Shown piece after piece: positions 1-8,300 of a DNA stretch of 64,000 bases. The notes below the pieces were generated by a model. It did no database searches, had not been told where the DNA came from, and worked only from the letters and a program-made list of their open reading frames with translations. How positions within the stretch are numbered: the stretch's first letter is position 1; each line of letters starts with the position of its first letter. The stretch comes from an uncultured Chryseobacterium sp. (GTDB lineage Bacteria; Bacteroidota; Bacteroidia; UBA10329). The stretch covers positions 21,098-85,097 of the forward strand of contig CAYWET010000006.1 in assembly GCA_964457245.1 (NCBI GenBank), in the 5' to 3' direction. The position numbers were made by a program, and so were the translations under genes.

Positions 1-250
1 AACGAAATACAACAAAGTAATTATGTTTTTACTATCCCTATTTGTGATACAGTGTTAAAAATAACAATCGATTTTGTGGATGAAAAAATTAACAATCTTT
101 TTTTAATCGGGGTGTGGGACTTGTAAAAAATTTAATTTTTAAACGGCCTGTTGGGTTGCGGGTTCTTTTAATAAAAAAGTATCCGTTTTCGTGGTTCTTC
201 AGGTAAAGACCTCTATTCGTTGGCTTTTACTGAGCGGATGTTTGAGTTAG

Positions 251-284
251 AAACAAAAAAAACCGGAGCCATTAGGCTCCGGTT
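251..284 (-). terminator. Rho-independent terminator of the giant gene at 330..4937
   Basis: Perfect 10-bp inverted repeat aaccggagcc/ggctccggtt (261-270/275-284) with a 4-nt loop. On the minus strand it is followed by a run of 8-10 T (plus-strand A run 251-260). It lies 45 bp past the stop codon. Confidence 0.75.
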
Positions 285-329
285 GCTTGATTAGTTGAAA
301 GATCTACTTTTCGCAGTGCGCCAATATTA

Positions 330-3300
330 CTATTGTGCTCCAAGTTTGGATTTCAAACTCTCAATCTCCAACTGTTGTTTCTCCGTGGTTTCAATTAGCT
401 TACGGATGAGTTCTGAAAGTTCTTCGTCTTCGTGAGATTGAGCACTCGGAACCGAGGATGCAACGGGTTTTCCACTTTTCAGAGCTTCTATTTGTCGCTG
501 CTGTTCTTTCATGGCTTCCACCAAAATTGGAGTTACCTTACCGTAGTCCACGGTGAGTAGGTTTTCTCCATCAATTTGACCTACAACCTCGGGGAAAAGC
601 TTCTGTAGGTCTTGCGCAATGAACCCTAGGTGATTCTTGTTCTTTTCAGGGTTTTCTTCATTGTAAGGTGCGGTGCCTGGCTTAATGTCATACGTGTATG
701 CTTTCAATTGTAGTAACTTATCCAAAGCGGACGAGGAAGACAACGGCCTTAGATTTTCCTTGACTGCTAAATCAGAGAAATAGTAATATCCAGACACGGC
801 ATAGTGGTAATAAGCCCAAACCGAATACCAGTAATTCTGGAGACGTCCTATCTGGCCATGGTTAGCAGACTGGGTCCTGAGAGTGGTTCTACCATCATCG
901 TTGGAAACATAAAAGTCTTGCCCTGTTGGTAGGTCAACCCGAAGTCGGTCAATAATGTTGACCACATCTGCACCTGTGCCATTCGCATCTTCTGCATATA
1001 TGGTGTTCACGGTAAGGTTGTTTACATCCCACACATTATAGTCTTGTAAGCGGATGTCACGCCACATGGTAAGCCCAGCTTCGTTGAATTGCGCAGTTTG
1101 TGACTCACCGTTGTTCGCATAAATTCTTACACCACCATAATCGCCATGAGCAGAAAGCTTGATACCCGTATGGAAACGTATCATCAGGTCTGGATAGGGA
1201 TGTGACCAACCACCGGCTTCCTGATAGATTGCGTATGCGCGATCTACACCGTGCCAACCGATTCCAAGGTCTCCATGATTGGGAGTTACGTTTGGCTTGA
1301 CCATCATCCAGTTGTTGTTGAGGTTCAATGTGGTTGTTGCGGTGTGGTTACCAAGATTGTCACCATAACTTCCTACGTTTCCGGTGGTGATCAGTTCGGT
1401 CCAGCCAGTAGTTCCGCTTCCGTTGGTTTTTCTGAACCAAAGCCGTTGATCATAAAAGCTGCCAGCAATCTGCATAGCATAATTATTGCCCGAATTACTG
1501 TGTCGAGAGTCGATAAGGTGCCACCAACCAGATGATCCTGTTGGGTATCCTTCTCCAGCACTGGCAGAACTGGTTTCGTAGAATCCAGATAGAACACCGT
1601 CTGTGTTTCCATAAAGTGTGTTATTATCCCTTGTTTGGGTTCTGGAGCTGTTGTTACCATAGAAGAGGTTTCCTTCAAGCTCAAGGCCGAGGTTATTGGA
1701 TTGCCAATCGAAGAAATGGATTCTTCGGTTTGAGTATGGAAGACCAGCAATATTATAGTTCTGTGCCAAGCGCATTGTTCCTTCGGCCACCCCACCGTTA
1801 TGGAATGATATAGTAGCTCGGTTTCCGGTTGTACTTGTATTTTCTGCAATTGCCAGTGTGTAGTCTCCACCACTGCAACACTCAGTTGCTCCATCTCTGG
1901 TCAGTGTGGTTTGACCATGAACATCAAAAGTTGAACTAGGGTCCATGGTTCTTACCCCAACTCGCTTGTTAAGCCCATCCAACGTAAGAACTTGATCGGT
2001 CGCATTGATATTCGAGTGTGGATTTGTTCGTCCTCCAGTATTTGCATAGCCGAAGTCGAGGTAATGCATTCGGTTGCCCCAGTTACCTTGATTCACAACG
2101 AATTTTCTGTAGTCGGCTGCGTTACTCGGGTTATATGATGCAAATGTCAATGTACTGCCATGACTATTATTGGCCTGACTAGAGGCAATAACAACATCAC
2201 TGTAAGAAGAGGATACCACTAATTGTCCTCTACCATTGGCGGATCCTGGAGTTTCTATTCCTGTGAATAGGTTTTGACCACCACCTCCACCACTTTGGTG
2301 AATGTTGGTTCGACCCATTACGTGCAACATGGAGACAGGGGCGGTTGTGCCAATTCCCACATATCCTGTGTTCGCTTTAACACGGATTCTTTCATTTGTT
2401 CCATTGGCGTATAGTCTTAGATCCGCGCTTGCCCCACCAGAACTGTTGTAGTTCAAATACATACCGTCTTGATATGATGTGGAGTTATTCTGAATGACAC
2501 GAAGATTGCCATACACATCTGCACCTGAACCGAAAATTACATTGGTATTATCCAATCGGTAGGCATTCTCGACATTTGCAAGCCCATTGATCCAAAAATC
2601 TGCGGTTTGAGCCGAGCCGAACTGATTCCAGATGTATCCAGCGTCATTATTGGGAACATCAGTAGTAGGATACAGCGTTCCATTATTATCGGCCATAAGG
2701 ATACGATTACCACCGCCAGCAAGGCTTTCGACCTGAAGACCCGCAGACCCCGCAGTTCCCCCTCCCGCAGCGCGATACGTGTCGTTGATGACAACGTTCG
2801 ATCCGGCAGGAGGCGAAAGATGAATGTTCGCGTTGGCTGAGACCACCCTACCTTGAATCACCATGTCTCCCCAACCAGAACCTCCGATGGGGTAGGGGTC
2901 TGATGTGGAACCACAGTTTACACAATCAAAAAACAAGGAACCATTCAAGGTCATGTGACCACCATTGCTGATGGAAGCAACAGGAGTAGTTCCGTTAACA
3001 CCCCAGGTCCAACCACGATCACCTTGCGCATCGTTGTTCATGTTCATTTTGATGCTATAGTCTTGAACATCCCCGTACTGGTATTCCCCAGTGTTACCCA
3101 TAGAGATCTTGTAGTCGTTGCTACTCCAGAATCGAAGACCGTAGCCATTAGCGGCTCGCATATCGAGGTGGTTGATGTTATCAATCTCATTGTTGTTCAT
3201 GTTCAGAGTACCCGTGGCAGTATGATTACCAAGGTTATCGCCCATCCCGGTTCCGACCAGTGAAGAAAGATTTACAAGGTCCCCATCTGCATCAGAAATT

Positions 3301-4937
3301 ATCAGTTGGTTGGCACTCGAAAGTCCCGAAACGCGAATGCCACCTCCTAGGATGTCCAATTTTCGGCCAGGAGAGGTTGTTCCCACCCCAACATTACCCG
3401 AGTTGAGCGACATGACATGTGTGCTTCCTGACGTAACCGTATTGTACTGGGTTCCATCTGTCACATAAAAATCGATGGCGTTATTGGTTGAACCACCAGA
3501 GCTATTATGTCGAGTATGGATGAAATGTTGGAAGGCATCATCCCCATCATAACCGAAGGCTATCTGAGCTCCATTAGCAAAGGTGCTCTGACCATTTCCA
3601 CCTCTAAGTCCAAGAGTGGCTCGGGTATCTGTGTTAGACCCATTTACAACCAATTTGTTCTGAATGCCTGTGCTTAGACCGATTCCGACTTGCTGAGTAT
3701 TGTTGATACGCATGGCCTCACCACCTGCTGTTGAAAGCCTTATCTGGTCTTCGTCTGCAGTTGCTTCGACTTCTACTTTCGTGTCGCCATCATCATCAAC
3801 TAGAACTCTTCTCAACGGATCCAAATCAACTGTTTGAAGACCACCGGCATCGTCTTCCACCTGTAGTTGCAGGTCGGTTCCGCTCAAAGAAAATGTAGTA
3901 ATCGCTTGATCATCGGTATTATCAGCAAACTGTGACAGATCCAAGGTTTGATTGGCCTGTCCGTCATCTTCCAGCGAAATATTGAGGGTATTTCCCGAAA
4001 GGGAAAGTACATCGATAGTTTGGTCATCAGTATTATCGGCAAAACCGGAAAGGTCAATGGAGTGGGTGGCCTGTCCATCATTCTCCAAAGAAAGTTGTAG
4101 CGTGTTTCCACTCAGTTGAACCACATCGAACTGCTGCTCATCGGTATTGTCCTTGTACGGAGAAAGGTCGAGCACATGAGTGGCCTGGCCATCAGCCTCT
4201 AAAGAGAGTCGAAGTTCATCCGAAGTGATGTTAATTACATCGAACTGCTGGTCGTCCGTGTTGTCCATGAATTGCGATAGGTCCAAAGTTTGAGTAGCCT
4301 GTCCGTCATCTTCCAACGAGATGTTCATTGTATTTCCTGTCAGAGAAAGAACATCAATTGCCTGATCATCAGTATCCACGGCCAAACTGCTGAGGTCCAC
4401 GACATGTGTTGCAAGACCGTCATTCTGAAGAGACAGTTGCAGGTTAGTACCAACCAATTGTACCACATCGAACTGTTGTTCATCGGTGTTGTCCAAGTAA
4501 CCGGAGAGGTCGAGGACGTGGGTTGCTTGCCCGTCATTTGAGATTGAAAGCAGCAATTGGTTTGAACCGTTAATGGACACCTGATCGAACTGCTGGACGT
4601 CTGTATTGTCCAAGAAAGAACTCAGATCGATACTGTGTGTTGCCTGTCCGTCATTCTCGACAGATATTTCAAGGTCGGTTCCGTTGAGTTGAATGACATC
4701 TAACACCTGATCGTCTGTGTTTGCGTTGAGCGTTATCCACTGGGTTCCATCATGGAACTGGAAAGCAGTGCCGGTCCATCGCAATGAACCTGCTGATCCG
4801 GTTGTGGTGCTACCGACCTTGATGGCCCCGGCCACATCGAGTTTCTGTTGCGGAGCTGCTATATCTACGCCCACGTTCTGTGCGAATGAGACACTTAAAG
4901 AACCAGCAAATATTGTGAGTAAAAAGAGCTTTTTCAT
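330..4937 (-). CDS. Giant secreted tail-fibre-domain protein, 1535 aa. It has a signal peptide, 8 x 38-aa Asp-rich repeats, beta-rich VGIGTT-motif region and a C-terminal intramolecular-chaperone (peptidase S74-like) domain.
   Basis: Single uninterrupted ORF. N-terminus MKKLFLLTIFAGSLSVSFAQ is a signal peptide. The repeats have the form ...DLSxxxDNTDDQ. VGIGTTAPVSMLHV is a tail-fibre hallmark. The C-terminus FSDLAVKENLRPL...GFIAQDLQKLFPEVV matches the phage endosialidase/tail-spike chaperone motif (S-D-x-x-x-K-E-N-I/L) plus GFIAQ. Confidence 0.85.
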   Translation of the reverse strand: MKKLFLLTIFAGSLSVSFAQNVGVDIAAPQQKLDVAGAIKVGSTTTGSAGSLRWTGTAFQFHDGTQWITLNANTDDQVLDVIQLNGTDLEISVENDGQATHSIDLSSFLDNTDVQQFDQVSINGSNQLLLSISNDGQATHVLDLSGYLDNTDEQQFDVVQLVGTNLQLSLQNDGLATHVVDLSSLAVDTDDQAIDVLSLTGNTMNISLEDDGQATQTLDLSQFMDNTDDQQFDVINITSDELRLSLEADGQATHVLDLSPYKDNTDEQQFDVVQLSGNTLQLSLENDGQATHSIDLSGFADNTDDQTIDVLSLSGNTLNISLEDDGQANQTLDLSQFADNTDDQAITTFSLSGTDLQLQVEDDAGGLQTVDLDPLRRVLVDDDGDTKVEVEATADEDQIRLSTAGGEAMRINNTQQVGIGLSTGIQNKLVVNGSNTDTRATLGLRGGNGQSTFANGAQIAFGYDGDDAFQHFIHTRHNSSGGSTNNAIDFYVTDGTQYNTVTSGSTHVMSLNSGNVGVGTTSPGRKLDILGGGIRVSGLSSANQLIISDADGDLVNLSSLVGTGMGDNLGNHTATGTLNMNNNEIDNINHLDMRAANGYGLRFWSSNDYKISMGNTGEYQYGDVQDYSIKMNMNNDAQGDRGWTWGVNGTTPVASISNGGHMTLNGSLFFDCVNCGSTSDPYPIGGSGWGDMVIQGRVVSANANIHLSPPAGSNVVINDTYRAAGGGTAGSAGLQVESLAGGGNRILMADNNGTLYPTTDVPNNDAGYIWNQFGSAQTADFWINGLANVENAYRLDNTNVIFGSGADVYGNLRVIQNNSTSYQDGMYLNYNSSGGASADLRLYANGTNERIRVKANTGYVGIGTTAPVSMLHVMGRTNIHQSGGGGGQNLFTGIETPGSANGRGQLVVSSSYSDVVIASSQANNSHGSTLTFASYNPSNAADYRKFVVNQGNWGNRMHYLDFGYANTGGRTNPHSNINATDQVLTLDGLNKRVGVRTMDPSSTFDVHGQTTLTRDGATECCSGGDYTLAIAENTSTTGNRATISFHNGGVAEGTMRLAQNYNIAGLPYSNRRIHFFDWQSNNLGLELEGNLFYGNNSSRTQTRDNNTLYGNTDGVLSGFYETSSASAGEGYPTGSSGWWHLIDSRHSNSGNNYAMQIAGSFYDQRLWFRKTNGSGTTGWTELITTGNVGSYGDNLGNHTATTTLNLNNNWMMVKPNVTPNHGDLGIGWHGVDRAYAIYQEAGGWSHPYPDLMIRFHTGIKLSAHGDYGGVRIYANNGESQTAQFNEAGLTMWRDIRLQDYNVWDVNNLTVNTIYAEDANGTGADVVNIIDRLRVDLPTGQDFYVSNDDGRTTLRTQSANHGQIGRLQNYWYSVWAYYHYAVSGYYYFSDLAVKENLRPLSSSSALDKLLQLKAYTYDIKPGTAPYNEENPEKNKNHLGFIAQDLQKLFPEVVGQIDGENLLTVDYGKVTPILVEAMKEQQRQIEALKSGKPVASSVPSAQSHEDEELSELIRKLIETTEKQQLEIESLKSKLGAQ
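3794..4706 (-). repeat. In-frame tandem array of 8 x 114-bp (38-aa) Asp-rich repeats inside the giant gene
   Basis: Periodic protein motif [FIL]D[VL]xxLxGxxLxLSLExDGxATHxxDLSxYxDNTD(D/E)Q counted 8 times. Confidence 0.8.
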
Positions 4938-5361
4938 GGCATTTCAAACTAATGTTGAATATGCAAGATAGTGGTCGATTGTCACTTAGCTTACAAATCA
5001 ACCCTTGCTGTGAACGGATAAATGCCCAAAGTTTTAAGGTTCTCGCTGTGCCGAAATAAGCAGGTTTAGTCTAATGGTGATAAAAACTCGGAATCAGAAT
5101 TTCTCGCACTTATTTGAGTTTTGGTTTTGATACTGCCAAAATTTCGTAAAAATTCAGGGTGTTATTTTTAAGCGAGACCGAGCAGGGCCTTGATACAAGT
5201 ATAAGGTAATCACAAATTCCTAGCAATGTTTTTTAAGAGGCAAACTTCTTATGCGGTGGTAGTCATCGCCCATTTGGAGTTTAGGACAATTTATGCACAG
5301 GGTGGGCAACCAGAGCCCATTCACCCTGTGGTTATAAACCCAGAAGACGGCATTAAAAAAC

Positions 5362-8300
5362 TTATCTCCCTTCTTCCGCTGGAAATGAATTTTCTTCTTC
5401 AACCGGAGCCTCTAGCGGTGCTGGCGTAAGTGACGGTTTAGCGTCTTTTACAGAATCCTCAACAGGAATTTCCACGTTTTCCAAAGCATTTTCAGGAGGA
5501 AATACACCACCAGACCACGGAGCAGTAGGGTCTTCCATCGGCTCATAGAACTCATCACCTAATCGTTCAATTTCCTTCGGATGTTCTTTGGTTAACGCCT
5601 CATGTTCTGCTGTTTCCAACATGTCGACGAATCGTTCTGAGTATTTGTTGGATGCAAGTGCCTCTTCATCCTCTGGTATTCTGGCCATTGCAATCCAGCT
5701 GAACGGAACACTCTCTGACTCGGATTTATCTACAAAAAAACCGGTTTGATCGATATTGGATACCGAAGGGTTAAAATTACCGCTGCCACCCATGGCAGAA
5801 ACGGTGACCACCGGTTGAGCACCATTAAGTGACGCGATGAACTCTGGAGAGAACTCAACTCGAGCACGCTGTCCATCTATCACATCAACACCAAAATCCT
5901 TAATGTTTCTAAGCTGTTTTTCAATTGCTTGGAGCTCTTTTTTCAAAATCTTCAGAGCCCCAGTATTATATATCGAGAGTTCGCCATAGAGTACGCCTTT
6001 CTTGCCAGGCGTAGTTAAGGCGCCTGGAGTTTCCTCCGCTATAAAACCTACCTGAACAGCATCACTGAAGCCTTTTGTAGTTCCCTCATCCTTGTACTTG
6101 TAATAGTTTAGGTTGAGATCATCCATAAAAGCCCATGCGCTCTCGTAATCTTCGTTATCAAATGGATGGATGTTTTTTTTCTTGTCTCGGGTACTCAGAT
6201 AACCATAGGTGGTGGCATACACATAACCTTGCGCATAAACGGAGTAATTTGCACCAGAGAACTGTCCGTTCCAGTAACCGTTGGTGGCGCTGATGGAGTA
6301 TATAACCGTTTGGTTAGGGCAGTATGGGTGAAAAGCGTAGCTACCAGCAGTATTGTTGATGTGTACCGACTTGTTACCATAACTTCTTATCCATGTGCCG
6401 TCAGACATTTGCCAACCACCTCCGTACGAACCATTGTACCAGCCCGTACTGTTGTAGCTGCGATGCCATCCGGCACCATCGTCAATTACGGTCAGACCAT
6501 CAATTACGGAGCTTCCTGCAGCAACAATGGATACTGTACCAGGCTGTGCTGGATTGGCACTGTATCCGTTATTGTTCCAGTCAATGAAGATGGGGAAGTT
6601 AGCATCTCCACCATTACTTACGCTGGCAACGTCACTTCCGCTTCTTCTGAATCGGGCAATTTCCGATGAGTTATTACCAGAGGCAAAGTAGAATCTGTTA
6701 GAGTGATATTCTAATTTTCCTTCATCAGCGCCTGGGTTGCCCGTCCAAGACTCATTACCCTCTTCATCAAAATATAGGTTAGGAGAATATCCGTCATCGT
6801 TTCTTGTGCGAAGTTGCCATTGTCTGGCCGCATTCAGCCAACCCTGCCAGTCTGCGGTCCAGTGCATATAGCTTCTGGTACCAGTACTATTCATAAGAGC
6901 CAATCCACCAGAACCATTGCCCGTTCTGATGTTGATGTCGGAATTGTTTCGCGGATAAATGTGCCAACCGTTATTGCTCCAAAGAACACCGTCATTGTCG
7001 CTATGACGTTGCCAGTTGCTCAGGTAAAAATCGGTTACACCATTAACTACGTTGTTTTGCACGTTGAGGGTTGTGGTACCTAAGTGGTTACCTAGGTTGT
7101 CGCCAAGACCCGAACCATTCAGGTTGGCTACGGTATATAGATCTCCCGCAGCATTGGCCATGGTAATTCGGTTTCCGGAACCAGCCAGACCAGTAATTCT
7201 AACGGCATCGTTAAGCAAGAGGGTTCCGCCATCGTTGGCAATACCGGCCCTAGCATACATTTGATTCTGTGAATAGAACGTTCCTCCATTGTTGTACATA
7301 CCTGTTCGGAACTCTGTAAGCGTGGCACCTCCATTTCTGTATGATGCGATTTCCGGATAACTATCATTGAAGGTGACGCTCATGTGGTCATTAACATCCT
7401 GTGCATCTTCCATGTCAACACCTGCGGAGAACGCCAATGATGCGTAGCCATCATTACGATCATAAATACCACCATCGTCAGAAATGTGAATACCACCACC
7501 AGTTGCATTATTGTTTGATACTTTAAGTGACTTTTCAATCTGCATAGCACCCGCGGTGTTCAACGCGGCAACTGGCGTTACACCATAAACACCCCAAGTC
7601 CAGCCCCGTCCGGCTGTGTTACTCATGTGCATCTTAATGCTGTAATCGGTTACAGGCCCGAAATGATATTCTGAGCTGTTTCCCATTCCAATAGCGTACT
7701 GGTTATCTGACCAGAACCTAAGACCACGGCTAGTCCCAGGGGTAATGTCCAAATATCCGACATTGTCCAACTCGTTGTTACTCATGTTCAGATTGGTTGT
7801 GGCTGTATGGTTTCCGAGATTGTCTCCCATTCCAGAAGGCACGCTGGTGGCGCCAACGAGATTTCCAGAGTTGTCCGTTGTAACCAACCTTGTTCCGCCA
7901 CCAGTTAGACTTGAAATTCTGGTTGTTCCAACCACCTCCAATTGTTGATTCGGACTCAAAGTTCCGATTCCAACGTTGCCAGAATTCATTGACATGGCAT
8001 GAGTGCTACCACTCGTCACGGAGTTGTTCTGGGTTCCATCGCTTACATAGAAATCGATAGAATTGTTTGTTGAACCTCCAGAACTGTTATGACGTGTTTG
8101 AATGTAGTGCTCGTAGTCGTCAGCACCATTGTATCCAAAGGCAATCTGCGCACCATTATTGAAGGTGAATTGCTCGTTTCCACCAAGAAGGCCAAGAGTT
8201 GAAGAAACATCTGACGTGCTGCCATTAACAACCAATCGGTTACTGATACCAGAAGACAACCCAACACCCACTTGCTGGGAAGAGTTAATAATCATAGCCT

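Noticed and set aside
1251-4541. Numerous 60-170-aa ORFs on both strands inside the giant genes and other large genes. Examples: 1251..1535, 1391..1894, 2537..2794, 2955..3263, 6166..6669, 11003..11221, 25534..26091, 32732..33130, 61575..62024. Comparable ORFs lie nested throughout the window.
   Set aside because: They are fully nested antisense or out-of-frame within long, motif-supported CDSs. Their compositions are low-complexity and Arg/Ser/Cys-biased, typical of shadow ORFs.
5220-5429. Two overlapping small ORFs (5220..5402 on the minus strand, 5226..5429 on the plus strand) in the leader region between the first two giant genes.
   Set aside because: They overlap each other and the 3' end of the 5362..9999 gene and have no signal or motif. 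The region is more plausibly promoter or leader for the 330..4937 gene.
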